DNA of 64,000 nucleotides from a virus, in IMG/VR virus record IMGVR_UViG_3300046450_001953, positions 3,414 to 67,413 of that record; one strand, given 5' to 3'. A program made the position numbers and the translations under genes. The notes beneath the pieces were generated by a model that did no database searches, was not told the DNA's origin, and saw only the letters and a program-made list of their open reading frames with translations. Below are positions 18,659-28,523 of this stretch, piece after piece (the stretch's first letter is position 1; each line of letters opens with the position of its first letter).

Positions 18659-19759
18659 ATGAAGATGTTTACGGCAATTTTAGGCCTTTTGGCCCTTGCG
18701 GTTGCAGGAACCGCAGCTTTCTTTTCGGTGTGGGGTATTAGTTTATTATTCGCAGGAGCATCCATTGCCGCGATGATAATGGCAGGTGTACTTGAAGCAG
18801 GAAAGTTGGTGATGACATCGTTTCTGTATCGTTATTGGGAAAGAATCCCAAAGTTGTTGCGAATATATTCTACCGTGGCGGTGGTAACTCTAGTTGCTAT
18901 CACCTCACTTGGTATTTATGGGTTTTTAAGTGACGCATACGATGATACACGTGCAAAGGTTGAAATGCACGAACATACCATCACGCAGATAACAAAAGAG
19001 AACGCACACATTGAAGCAGAGATGGTATCCTTGAAAAGTTCATCAGCCACAGTTGACACAAAGTCCACCGAAACCATAGCAGGTTTCCAAAAGATATATG
19101 ATGATTTTGTGTCAGACAGGCGATCAAGACAAGATTCCCTTGCAGACAGACATAAGTCAGATACCACATCCAGGTCGCTGAGAAGACAACAACTATTGGA
19201 TAGACTTGCCACATTGGATAAATCAAGAAGTGATCTTGAATCTTCCGGCGGGGGTATATTTTCAAGCAAGAAGAAAAAACTTGAAGAGTTGGCAAAGGCA
19301 CAGGCACCAGAAAGAACCTCTACCGCAGAATCTATGAAGAACATTGATGAAGACGAGTCATCCGCAATAACTTCCTACGATGAACAAATAAAGAAGATTG
19401 ATGCGGAGATAGAGGCAGAGTATCAAGTGTTCGTTGGGAAGGTTAATTCCTTAAGAGATGAGTCTAATAAGATAGATAATACATCCGATATTGAAGCAAA
19501 CTATGCTAAGTTGCGAGCAAACGAGCAAAGAATTCTTGAGAATAAGGATGCAATTCGTGACACGGATATAGGAAGTTTTAAATTTATAGCTCAGTCTTTT
19601 AATACACCATTGGATCAAGTGGTAAAGTGGTTTATCATCATAATAGTGGTAGTGTTTGACCCACTTGCAATTGCATTGGTGCTTGCATATAACATTGCAA
19701 GTAGTGGACGGCTGACTCTTGGTGATGAGCCAGATGCTCCGAAAAAAAAAATTGGATAG
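18659..19759 (+). CDS. Membrane protein: three N-terminal TM helices, long coiled coil, C-terminal TM ([12 protein letters not shown])
   Basis: Hydrophobic N-terminus with LEAGKLV and [11 protein letters not shown], coiled-coil middle, [19 protein letters not shown] upstream. Confidence 0.85.
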   Translation: MKMFTAILGLLALAVAGTAAFFSVWGISLLFAGASIAAMIMAGVLEAGKLVMTSFLYRYWERIPKLLRIYSTVAVVTLVAITSLGIYGFLSDAYDDTRAKVEMHEHTITQITKENAHIEAEMVSLKSSSATVDTKSTETIAGFQKIYDDFVSDRRSRQDSLADRHKSDTTSRSLRRQQLLDRLATLDKSRSDLESSGGGIFSSKKKKLEELAKAQAPERTSTAESMKNIDEDESSAITSYDEQIKKIDAEIEAEYQVFVGKVNSLRDESNKIDNTSDIEANYAKLRANEQRILENKDAIRDTDIGSFKFIAQSFNTPLDQVVKWFIIIIVVVFDPLAIALVLAYNIASSGRLTLGDEPDAPKKKIG

Positions 19760-20439
19760 ATAATCTTCCGTTTGCCGAGAGGTTTCAAGAAGAGAGTGAG
19801 TTCGTAGTAGACGAACCTACCGAAGTTACTCCAACTCCAACTCCGAGTCCAACTCCAACTCCAACTCCGAGTCCAACTCCAACTCCAACTCCGAGTCCGA
19901 GTCCAACTCCAACTCCGAGTCCAAGTCCTACCCCGACTCCGAGTCCAACTCCTACCCCAACTCCGAGTCCAACTCCGAGTCCAACTCCAACTCCGAGTCC
20001 AAGTCCTACCCCGACCCCGACTCCGAGTCCAACTCCAACTCCGAGTCCAACTCCAACTCCGAGTCCAACTCCAACTCCGAGTCCAACTCCAACTCCGAGT
20101 CCAACTCCAACTCCGAGTCCACTACCAACTCCTACCCCGGTGATTAAACCAACACCAACCGATGACAATGTTATATCAACACCCCTATATGACACATCAG
20201 ACACCGATCCAACTGATCCCGACTCTCGTGGTCCCTACTATGTACCTTGGAAAAAAACATCAATGGATTTGTATAATAAAATACACAGACCCGATGAGGA
20301 CAGTAGTTATTGGGCAGAGACTCGTTACAAATCCCAAGACGGATATATATCAGGAAGCACACTCGGTAATGTGCCAACAAAGAATGATAATACCAAAGAA
20401 AATTCCGATGATACCACGGACAAAAACGATAAAAAATAA
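19750..20439 (+). CDS. -1 frame extension of the upstream membrane protein (Pro/Thr/Ser-rich linker plus acidic C-terminal segment)
   Basis: Frame open 19729-20439 with no ATG/GTG/TTG before 20140. Entered from the A10 run at 19742-19751 it reads [34 protein letters not shown]... Confidence 0.65.
   Translation, partial: NWIDNLPFAERFQEESEFVVDEPTEVTPTPTPSPTPTPTPSPTPTPTPSPSPTPTPSPSPTPTPSPTPTPTPSPTPSPTPTPSPSPTPTPTPSPTPTPSPTPTPSPTPTPSPTPTPSPTPTPSPLPTPTPVIKPTPTDDNVISTPLYDTSDTDPTDPDSRGPYYVPWKKTSMDLYNKIHRPDEDSSYWAETRYKSQDGYISGSTLGNVPTKNDNTKENSDDTTDKNDKK
19828..20160 (+). repeat. Coding hexamer tandem repeat (CCAACT/CCGAGT; Pro-Thr/Pro-Ser)
   Basis: About 50 consecutive PT/PS dipeptide codon pairs. 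Confidence 0.95.
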
Positions 20440-20455
20440 CTATTGTTGTTTTATG

Positions 20456-20484
20456 TTGACATATAAATAATAATATGTGATAGT
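20456..20484 (+). promoter_or_regulatory. Sigma70-like promoter TTGACA-N17-GATAGT
   Basis: Perfect -35 at 20456. The -10 element ends 7 nt before ATG 20492. Confidence 0.55.
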
Positions 20485-20491
20485 AGTAAGT

Positions 20492-20782
20492 ATGTTTAGT
20501 ATACAATTCGACCCAACTCTTTTATCTTATGGATTTATTATATATACACTAGTTCTGTGTATTGGTGTATACATTTTAGTTAATTTATATAGAAAGGTAA
20601 AAATATATGAAAACTGGTCACTTGGTATACGAGAGCAAATAGAGAAACTTCAACGAGATGTAAAGGAGATAGATGTCCGTGAAATCTTCAAAAGTGATGA
20701 TGATGTGGGGTTTATATATGGTGACATATCGGACATAATAAAAAACATTGATCACGGGGTTAACCCAGAAAATACAAAATGA
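20492..20782 (+). CDS. Small single-pass membrane protein with coiled coil
   Basis: N-terminal TM helix and F.SDDDVG motif. ATGA overlap with the next gene. Confidence 0.7.
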   Translation: MFSIQFDPTLLSYGFIIYTLVLCIGVYILVNLYRKVKIYENWSLGIREQIEKLQRDVKEIDVREIFKSDDDVGFIYGDISDIIKNIDHGVNPENTK

Positions 20783-21501
20783 ACGATCAAATAAAGAAAA
20801 AAAGAAAAAAGAAATCAAAAATATATTTTGGAAAAGATACTGAAAACGCAATAATTGAATATAATAAAACCGAGTGTGTAGATAAAAGAAATCAGATATA
20901 TAATGAGGGCATATCATATGCGTTTGATAAACTAGCTGAGAATATATTAAATACATTTAAGTTTTCGTATTTTCAATGTAGTCACATGGAGGTACAACAA
21001 GAGGTTGTTAGTAACTTGGTAAGTCAGATACATAAATATAAACCAGACAACGGCAAGGCATTTTCATACTTCAGTATCATTGCAAAGAATTTTTTAATAT
21101 TATATAACAATGGTAATTATAGAAAATTCAAGAAACATGTGAGTGTGGATGACGAAGAGAGTCCAAATGTAGATTTGGAGTTAAGTTCACTTCCCACAAA
21201 TCCTACGAACAAAAAGGAAATATCCGAGTTTTTTAAACTTATGCTTAATTATTGGGACGGCAATATAGAAAAGTTTTTCAAAAAAGAAGCTGAATTAAAA
21301 ATCGCATATGCAGTCCTAGAGATATTTAGAAATTCTGATAGAATAGAAAACTTTAATAAAAAGGCCCTGTACCTATATATCCGTGAGATGACAAATTGTA
21401 AAACTCAAAATATTACAAAGGTTGTCAATAAGATGAAGGATATGCAAAAGAAAATTCAAGTTGAGTATAAGGAAACCGGTGATGTAAAAAATGATTATTA
21501 G
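20779..21501 (+). CDS. Phage-encoded sigma-factor-like protein (T4 gp55-like late sigma)
   Basis: KLAENI...F.Y...QEVV...HKYKPDNGKAFSYFSIIAKN resembles sigma region 2 (x.F.YF..I). Confidence 0.6.
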   Translation: MNDQIKKKRKKKSKIYFGKDTENAIIEYNKTECVDKRNQIYNEGISYAFDKLAENILNTFKFSYFQCSHMEVQQEVVSNLVSQIHKYKPDNGKAFSYFSIIAKNFLILYNNGNYRKFKKHVSVDDEESPNVDLELSSLPTNPTNKKEISEFFKLMLNYWDGNIEKFFKKEAELKIAYAVLEIFRNSDRIENFNKKALYLYIREMTNCKTQNITKVVNKMKDMQKKIQVEYKETGDVKNDY

Positions 21502-21540
21502 TAACTTCTATAAAAAATATGTATATTCATATTTATATTT

Positions 21541-21954
21541 ATGGACACTGATAAAGAAATTTTCGCCGGAAAAACATTTGCATCATTAGCAAAGGATATA
21601 TATTTTAACTCATCAAGGAAATCAGCACAGATCGATCAACTAATCAAGGATCTGAGGCAGATGATAAAGGATGCAGGAAGTGCAACCGTCATCGCCCCCA
21701 TGATAAAGGATTATATAGATGTGTCTATTAAAAACGATGATCAACTGGTTAAATTGTCAGCCGTCTTACAGAGATATCTGAGTGGTGGTGCTGGGGGTGA
21801 CCCTTCGGCCGATGGAGCGGGTTCTGGGTTAACCGATTCCGAAAAAGAAGAACTACTTAATAGTGTAAAACTGGAAGTAGACGAACTTAAAAAAGCAGAG
21901 TCTGAAATTATTGTTGACCTAGATAGTTTGCAAAAAAAGAAGAGCAATAAATAA
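21541..21954 (+). CDS. Conserved hypothetical phage protein
   Basis: Helical 137-aa ORF directly after an ATATTTAT motif. Confidence 0.75.
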   Translation: MDTDKEIFAGKTFASLAKDIYFNSSRKSAQIDQLIKDLRQMIKDAGSATVIAPMIKDYIDVSIKNDDQLVKLSAVLQRYLSGGAGGDPSADGAGSGLTDSEKEELLNSVKLEVDELKKAESEIIVDLDSLQKKKSNK

Positions 21955-23046
21955 ATGGCGTATACAACCAAACAAACTAAGACGAATACCCGTGAAACTT
22001 TAAAAAGTGAGCTCACCACATCTCGTAAGTCTCACTTAACCAAACCAGATGCAAGTTTTTTCTATGAACTTGAGGCCGCCGTGGTAGTTGATGTTATTCG
22101 CGACGAAACACACCCCGTCTTTACGGCAATGGGTCCAATATCACCGACCGTGGAGCGATCAACCTGGCCAGACGGATATAACAACCCCAACACACCAGAC
22201 TATTCTTGGATAGGTCGTGCCAGGGTCAGATTGATAAATAGTCAAGAACAGACCCCCGTTGACCACCTTGATTGGGTAACTCCGGGAGAAACCGGTATAG
22301 TTGAATATCCACTTGTAAATGAAGTTGTCATAATTTCACGTTATATGGGTAGATTTTATTATACCCGTAGATTAAACTCTCGGAATTTTATTAATAATAG
22401 TGCAGACTTCCAACACGAACATAGATACGGGATGCAAAACGGAGTAACGGCCGAAACAAGTCCTGGATCACTATCAGGTGCACTAAATAAATCAGATCTG
22501 TGGCCTGACACAAACCAGTATGGTGGTTCTGACGGCTCCAAACCATACTTAGGAAAATACTTCAAGGCAAACAACAAGGTTCGACCTCTGAAACACTTTG
22601 AGGGGGATACGATTATTCAAAGTAGACATGGAAGTAGTATAAGGTTCGGGTGCTTCGAAAACGATCCGTCAATTGATGTTGGAACTGACCTCGGATACGG
22701 GGAGTCCTATGCCGACAATTTGGGAAACCCCAGTATATTGATTAGAAATCGTCAACGTAAAACAACAGAACCAGAAAAAGCATTTCAATATAATATACTG
22801 GAACACATAAATGAAGATGGGGGTTCTATTGAACTTACATCCGGCCGAACTGTTTCAAAGTTCGTGTCAACAGTAACTCACACATATGATAATGTAAGTT
22901 ATCCGAGACGTGGTTGTGTTTACAAAACATTTGGAGGTCTGGAATATTTACGACAAAGCAAGGTGGGTATTGGAAGTGATCCAAACTATGTACGAGTTGA
23001 CTCTGCTACACGAATCGCAAGACCAGGTGAGGGAAGAATTAATTAG
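21955..23046 (+). CDS. Baseplate hub/spike (gp5-like), N-terminal part
   Basis: IGRARVRL...YPLVNEVVII OB-fold-like region and FEGDTIIQSRHGSSIRFG. Located upstream of gp25/gp6. Confidence 0.6.
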   Translation: MAYTTKQTKTNTRETLKSELTTSRKSHLTKPDASFFYELEAAVVVDVIRDETHPVFTAMGPISPTVERSTWPDGYNNPNTPDYSWIGRARVRLINSQEQTPVDHLDWVTPGETGIVEYPLVNEVVIISRYMGRFYYTRRLNSRNFINNSADFQHEHRYGMQNGVTAETSPGSLSGALNKSDLWPDTNQYGGSDGSKPYLGKYFKANNKVRPLKHFEGDTIIQSRHGSSIRFGCFENDPSIDVGTDLGYGESYADNLGNPSILIRNRQRKTTEPEKAFQYNILEHINEDGGSIELTSGRTVSKFVSTVTHTYDNVSYPRRGCVYKTFGGLEYLRQSKVGIGSDPNYVRVDSATRIARPGEGRIN

Positions 23047-23048
23047 AT

Positions 23049-25739
23049 ATGTCAAAGAAAACTTCAGATTGTAAATCGTGTGAAGAGAACCGCAACAACT
23101 CTCTTCCGCAACGAGATGTAGCATCATATGCATCCTCGGGAAACATATCAGGTGCACTCACCGCATCCTTCGGTCTTGCGGTAGACCCCAATACGGCCGG
23201 CAAACTAGGAACTCGTCTTGGTGGCAAACCTGCTGGACAACTAATGTCGTTTATAGAAACTCCGGGTAGCAACAAACAAAAGAGATCAATGTCAGACACT
23301 CAGAAAAAGAAACATTTAATCAACTCGGTTGGGTTGGGAAATTTTTCATTAAATTCTACATTTGAGTCCGGCCTCGTCAGTTCTATTTCCGGAGCAAGAG
23401 GAGAGTCTTCGGGATTTCTGGGTAACAACAAGACAGGTGCATCGTTAATGGCCGCATCTGCTCTTGGTATTGATGTTCCGGGTGGAGATATGCTCGGCAT
23501 AGGCCCTGGTGATTCTTCGATGTTTAAGGTATTTAAGTTGGCTGCATTTGGACTAAAACTTTTGTGTGCGGGCCTAAAAGGAACTAAGCGGGGCCCTGGA
23601 GGATATAACTCGGATACAGAAGAGTCACTAGGTTTATTGTTGACCCTTGGTATAAATTTAGATTTATTTGATAGACTAAAGTCAATATTTGACAAACTGA
23701 AAAATCTTAAATTTAATTTTTCAAGTTTTGATTTGGGTGACCTAAATATAGCAAATGTTTTATTTAACTTGTGTGATTGGGTGGAAAACATGGAATATGG
23801 TTCGAATACAATTGATACCTTTAGAAAATCCTTTGCCGGTGGTTTGACGAACAAGGCCCTGACTGAGTCGGTTGGTAAGAAGTTAATAGGGGCCGGCACA
23901 TACGACACACACGCCAGAAATGACTTCGGGTTTGACCAACAATTTAAATCAATCGCAGGTGACATTGGTGCGTTAAAGTGTGATGCATGTAATTTAGGAA
24001 AAACCGATATAATCATTGCCCAAGGAAACAAAGATTTGGTTAACCTTGAGTTTGATGCAAGGACGGGGCTGCAAAGAGAAACCGGCTGGGACAAGAACAC
24101 CACAACCAAAACACCAATTTCTGAAGGGGAGATCAATAAAATATCAGACACAGAGAAATCTCCGTTTAACCAACCCGTCACACAAAAAGAAATTGATGAG
24201 TATGTTCCCTCTGCGTCAGAGCAGTCCGTGTTAAAGGATTTATCCTCACGAGAAAAAAAGAGTTTTATTAAAGAAAATGTCCGTGCTAAAAAACAAATAG
24301 AGCAAATGAAGTCGAAACGGAAATCGTCTACCAAACCCAAACTTGGTGTAGCAGACAACTTAACAAAACCTGTCCTCGCCGGAGCAGACACACTTCAAGT
24401 AAATGATCCAACGCAGTTTTGGGAAGGGTCCTGGTCAGTGCTTGACGAAGGAACGGCCGCTGAAGAATGCATCGAGAGAGATGGGTATGGTTCACTAAAA
24501 CTTAAAAATCCACTCCAAAAAAATCATGCAGCGGGTTCGACACTGTCACCCCCGTCCTTAGATTGCCAATTGTCAAGTGATATAAAATCTGATTATTCTA
24601 AAAAATCAATATCTACGCAAGTAGATGATATAAAGAATAAAGTAGACACCCCATCCGCGGATACAATAACCAAACCAAATATTAAATCCGTAGAAGACCA
24701 CCTCGGCATAAAAAAAGAAGAACAGCTGGCACAAATAGAATCATCCATGTCGGAAATGAAGACTAAACTTCCAACTGAACAAATGTCAACCAAGTTCGGT
24801 AAGAAACCAACAACAAGTTCAGATCTTCAATCTCAAATAAAAAACGATGCCAAGGCTTCCCACGATTTTACGGAATCAACGAGCAAACAGATTGGAACTC
24901 CGGGAGTTTCATATGAAACGGAAAACAAAAGTATAGTTTATGACACGTATACTGACGAAGATGGTAGTATAAAAGAAGATACCTATGAACAAAATGAAAA
25001 TAAAGAGTTTGAAAAAACTAAAAGCAAAACAAAATTTAAGAAACCAGTGGGAGGTCCACCCGCCGCAGAAGATGCGGATGAAGTAACCTCGTTTCACACA
25101 GGAGAAACTATTACGAAAGAAGAATTAAAAGGAACTGTCCTTGAAGGTGCGGACTTAAATGCAGTGAGTTTATTACACCCCAACGATCTTGAGAATTTAA
25201 AAGACACAGAGGAGGTTAACAAAGTACTTGCTGATGCAGACAAAGTCCATACCGAAAAATTTGAAACGGAGATAGAAAAGACGGAAAACAAGGTACTGGA
25301 ACAACAGAGTGGTGGAATAATATTCGGAGTGCAACTTCCCACGACATTAAACGGTAATCAAATCGTAATGAACTCGGAGAGGATACTAATTTCAGCAAAG
25401 ACACAAGAAATGGGTTTATTTTCCAAGAGAAAGTTTTTTATTACAACGGATGATGAGATAACAATGAATTGCAAGCAACGATTTGTTGTAAAATCAGACC
25501 GTCATGCATCGTTTGAAGCACCAACTGTACATTTGGGTCTATACACCACAAGAAACCACCCAACACTAAAAGGAGATTGTACAAAGTGGTGGTTGGACGA
25601 TTTATGCGATTGGTTGGCCGGCCATTCACACAATGACCCCTACGTAACGACAGGAACTCCGGTTCAACAGGGAAGCTTAGCAGCTTTAAAAGCAAGAACC
25701 CCAACTTTATTGAGTGAACGGATATTTATATCTGGATAG
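23049..25739 (+). CDS. Baseplate spike (gp5-like), C-terminal part with a large N-terminal extension
   Basis: C-terminal GNQIVMNSERILISAK beta-helix-like region, HPTLKGD, and an HxH (HSH) spike-tip motif. Confidence 0.6.
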   Translation: MSKKTSDCKSCEENRNNSLPQRDVASYASSGNISGALTASFGLAVDPNTAGKLGTRLGGKPAGQLMSFIETPGSNKQKRSMSDTQKKKHLINSVGLGNFSLNSTFESGLVSSISGARGESSGFLGNNKTGASLMAASALGIDVPGGDMLGIGPGDSSMFKVFKLAAFGLKLLCAGLKGTKRGPGGYNSDTEESLGLLLTLGINLDLFDRLKSIFDKLKNLKFNFSSFDLGDLNIANVLFNLCDWVENMEYGSNTIDTFRKSFAGGLTNKALTESVGKKLIGAGTYDTHARNDFGFDQQFKSIAGDIGALKCDACNLGKTDIIIAQGNKDLVNLEFDARTGLQRETGWDKNTTTKTPISEGEINKISDTEKSPFNQPVTQKEIDEYVPSASEQSVLKDLSSREKKSFIKENVRAKKQIEQMKSKRKSSTKPKLGVADNLTKPVLAGADTLQVNDPTQFWEGSWSVLDEGTAAEECIERDGYGSLKLKNPLQKNHAAGSTLSPPSLDCQLSSDIKSDYSKKSISTQVDDIKNKVDTPSADTITKPNIKSVEDHLGIKKEEQLAQIESSMSEMKTKLPTEQMSTKFGKKPTTSSDLQSQIKNDAKASHDFTESTSKQIGTPGVSYETENKSIVYDTYTDEDGSIKEDTYEQNENKEFEKTKSKTKFKKPVGGPPAAEDADEVTSFHTGETITKEELKGTVLEGADLNAVSLLHPNDLENLKDTEEVNKVLADADKVHTEKFETEIEKTENKVLEQQSGGIIFGVQLPTTLNGNQIVMNSERILISAKTQEMGLFSKRKFFITTDDEITMNCKQRFVVKSDRHASFEAPTVHLGLYTTRNHPTLKGDCTKWWLDDLCDWLAGHSHNDPYVTTGTPVQQGSLAALKARTPTLLSERIFISG

Positions 25740-25754
25740 AAAGGTTATATATAC

Positions 25755-26168
25755 ATGAAAAAATTAGAATTAGTTAAAATAATAAGGTCCGCCGTTCGGC
25801 AGGAACTAAACGCGTCGTTACCCAAGATAGTGGCGGAAATATTATCATCGTCTCTCGGGCCCAATGAGTCCAGTCCAGTAGAACTTGTAAAAGAAGCTCT
25901 TCGGACTGAAACCAAGGTGTCTCCCGTAAAAAAGAAACCTGCGACCAAACGATATAGTAATCACGAAGCACTAAACCAAGTATTAAACGAAACTGTGGGT
26001 GGAATTCCTACAGAGGGCCCACGGGTAGGTGAAGAACCCCAACTCACCGATCTCCAAGGTCAGGCGGTTGATGCCGACTCGTTGCCAGACCACCTAACAG
26101 CTGCACTAACACGAAACTACTCAGATGTTTTAAAATTAGTAGATAAAAAACGAGGAACGGTTGCATGA
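25755..26168 (+). CDS. Hypothetical phage protein
   Basis: MKKLELVKIIRSAVRQEL...LNQVLNET...ALTRNYS. Preceded by ATATTTAT at 25722. Confidence 0.75.
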   Translation: MKKLELVKIIRSAVRQELNASLPKIVAEILSSSLGPNESSPVELVKEALRTETKVSPVKKKPATKRYSNHEALNQVLNETVGGIPTEGPRVGEEPQLTDLQGQAVDADSLPDHLTAALTRNYSDVLKLVDKKRGTVA

Positions 26169-26551
26169 ACAGAGATGTTCCAGTAGGGATAATGCTTCCA
26201 TATACCCGCGGCAACTCGGGTTACTTTCAACAGACATATTCCGACATCGAGCGCGCTCACACAAATCTAAAAATGTTATTAATGACTGCAAAGGGTGAGC
26301 GTCCCATGATGCCCACCTATGGAAGTGATTTAAGAAGTCTTTTATTTAATCCGGGTGAAGATGAGTATGATGGACTCCTGGTGGATGCGGTACATGAGGC
26401 AGCGGACAAATGGATGCCTGAGATATCAGTTATTTCGGTTAGTGTCGATAGAGAGATAGATACTGCACCAAACACCGCGGTTTTATATATTACATTTATT
26501 ATTTTATCAATTCCCGGATCACGGGAAGAACTTGAACTGGAGGTTTCATAA
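26165..26551 (+). CDS. gp25: Baseplate wedge subunit, gp25/GPW family
   Basis: NLKMLLMTAKGERPMMPTYGSDL..LLF...WMPEI motif. Confidence 0.92.
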   Translation: MNRDVPVGIMLPYTRGNSGYFQQTYSDIERAHTNLKMLLMTAKGERPMMPTYGSDLRSLLFNPGEDEYDGLLVDAVHEAADKWMPEISVISVSVDREIDTAPNTAVLYITFIILSIPGSREELELEVS

Positions 26552-26552
26552 A

Positions 26553-28523
26553 ATGGCCAATGATTTATATACAAATTCTGGTGTGGGTGGAAAAGATATA
26601 AATTACACAGGTAAGGACTTCAATTCCTTTCGTGAGAATTTAATAGAATATGCCAAGTCGTACTATTCATCCACATATAAAGATTTCAGTGAAAACTCAT
26701 CCGGTATGATGTTTATAGAACTGGCCAGCTATGTGGGAGATGTTCTGTCCTACTATATTGATCATCAGTTCAAAGAGGGGTTTCTACAATATTCATCCGA
26801 ACGAAAAAATATAATCAACCTTGCAAACTATCTGGGGTATAAGATAAGAACTTCGGTGGCCGCAACAACCGAAATTGAAGTGTTTCAACTGGTTCCGTCA
26901 AAAATAGGAAAATCCTCCCATGCCGAACCCGACTTTAGGTTTGCATTAAACATACAGGAAGGCCTCGAGATTTCATCAAGTGATGGCCAGTCCCCTCCGT
27001 TTAGAACAACTAAGCAAATAAATTTTAACGAAACGACTGACTTTTCTCCGCGGGAGGTGAGTGTATATGAAAGAGACGACGTCGGCCAACCAACGTTTTA
27101 CTTGCTCAAAAAGACTGCACTTGCAAGTGCAGGAACACTACAAACCAAGACGGTAACTGTTGGTGAATCAAGTGAGTTTTATGAAGTCACCCTCTCCGAC
27201 ACGAATGTAATAGAGGTCTTGTCGGTAACAGACTCCGATGGAAATATATATTATGAAGTCCCCTATCTGGCTCAGGACACGGTTCCAGTAGAAGAATCAA
27301 ATAATTACAAAAACAACCCCATTTATTCAAAATTTGCCGATTCGGTCCCCCACATACTTAGATACATAAAAACATCTCGTAGATTCATAACAATTGTAAA
27401 CCCCGACAATACAACTACACTGGAGTTTGGTGCTGGTAGTGATAAGTTCGATGACGAAATAATAATTCCCAGTATAAATAATTTGGGAAAGACTTTACAC
27501 ACATCAAAAAACTTTGAGAATGCCATAGATCCAAGCAACTTCCTCAAGTCGAATAGTTATGGTTCGGCCCCATCAAACACAAATTTAACAATTAAATATT
27601 ATGTGGGTGGTGGAATTGAGTCAAATATCTCAGCAAATACACTAAATACAATTCAATCAGTAGTTTTCTCAGAAAGTACCGAGTATCTAGACATATCCGA
27701 AAGAAAAGCATTTGATACAATAAAAAGTAGTCTCCGTGTAAACAACCCACTTCCTGGTATAGGTGGTAAATCGGCCGAGACGGATGAAGAAATCAGACAA
27801 AACGGACTCGCTTCATTTTCATCACAACAACGTGCAGTCACTCGGGATGACTATGTAATCCGGGCAATGTCAATGCCCCCCAAATTTGGAAGCATTGCCA
27901 AGGCGTATGTTTCCAAGGATGGAATACTTGACACCCGATCCCAGACTAATATTTTCAAGCAAGCATTTGCCGATGATGCGAAAGTCACTCCTAATGGAAT
28001 GAATGTGGTTTATGGAGAACTCAACAACCCACTTGCTATCAATTTATATGTATTGTCATATGATAACAACAAATACTTAATTCCCCCCAACGAACTTATT
28101 CTTAAGAACCTAAAGACTTATCTAAGTAAATACAGAATACTCACAGATGGTGTTAATATAACAAACGCATTCATCATAAACTTTGGTATTAATTTTGAAA
28201 TATCAACATTTCACAATTTTAACAAAAAAGAAGTATTGCTTAACTGCATCACGCAACTTTCTGATTTGTTTACTATTGATAAAATTTCAATAATGCAACC
28301 CATAGAAATTGGTGAAATTGAATTGACATTATCAAATGTTGCAGGTGTACGGTCGGTTGTTGATGTTGAGGTTATAAATCGTAATATAGAAGATGGGGAA
28401 TATTCTGAAAACGAGTATGACATCACAGGAGCAACTGTTGGAAAAACAATATACCCATCTATGGACCCGTCCATATTTGAGTTAAAATATCCCGACAGAG
28501 ATATAACTGGGAGAGTAATATAA
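26553..28523 (+). CDS. gp6: Baseplate wedge subunit, gp6/baseplate-J family
   Basis: DFNSFRENLIEY...DFSENS.GMMFIEL.SYVGDVLSYY, NLANYLGYK, LEFGAG, YYVGGG..SN and QQRAVTRDDY motifs. Confidence 0.92.
   Translation: MANDLYTNSGVGGKDINYTGKDFNSFRENLIEYAKSYYSSTYKDFSENSSGMMFIELASYVGDVLSYYIDHQFKEGFLQYSSERKNIINLANYLGYKIRTSVAATTEIEVFQLVPSKIGKSSHAEPDFRFALNIQEGLEISSSDGQSPPFRTTKQINFNETTDFSPREVSVYERDDVGQPTFYLLKKTALASAGTLQTKTVTVGESSEFYEVTLSDTNVIEVLSVTDSDGNIYYEVPYLAQDTVPVEESNNYKNNPIYSKFADSVPHILRYIKTSRRFITIVNPDNTTTLEFGAGSDKFDDEIIIPSINNLGKTLHTSKNFENAIDPSNFLKSNSYGSAPSNTNLTIKYYVGGGIESNISANTLNTIQSVVFSESTEYLDISERKAFDTIKSSLRVNNPLPGIGGKSAETDEEIRQNGLASFSSQQRAVTRDDYVIRAMSMPPKFGSIAKAYVSKDGILDTRSQTNIFKQAFADDAKVTPNGMNVVYGELNNPLAINLYVLSYDNNKYLIPPNELILKNLKTYLSKYRILTDGVNITNAFIINFGINFEISTFHNFNKKEVLLNCITQLSDLFTIDKISIMQPIEIGEIELTLSNVAGVRSVVDVEVINRNIEDGEYSENEYDITGATVGKTIYPSMDPSIFELKYPDRDITGRVI

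Noticed and set aside
19785-20204. Minus-strand Gly-Val repeat ORF
   Set aside because: It is the antisense shadow of the PT/PS hexamer repeat, lying within a plus-strand operon.
23300-24391. 363-aa antisense ORF
   Set aside because: It is fully antisense to the 896-aa gene, is Ser/Leu/Phe-rich with no motifs, and is a typical codon-bias shadow.
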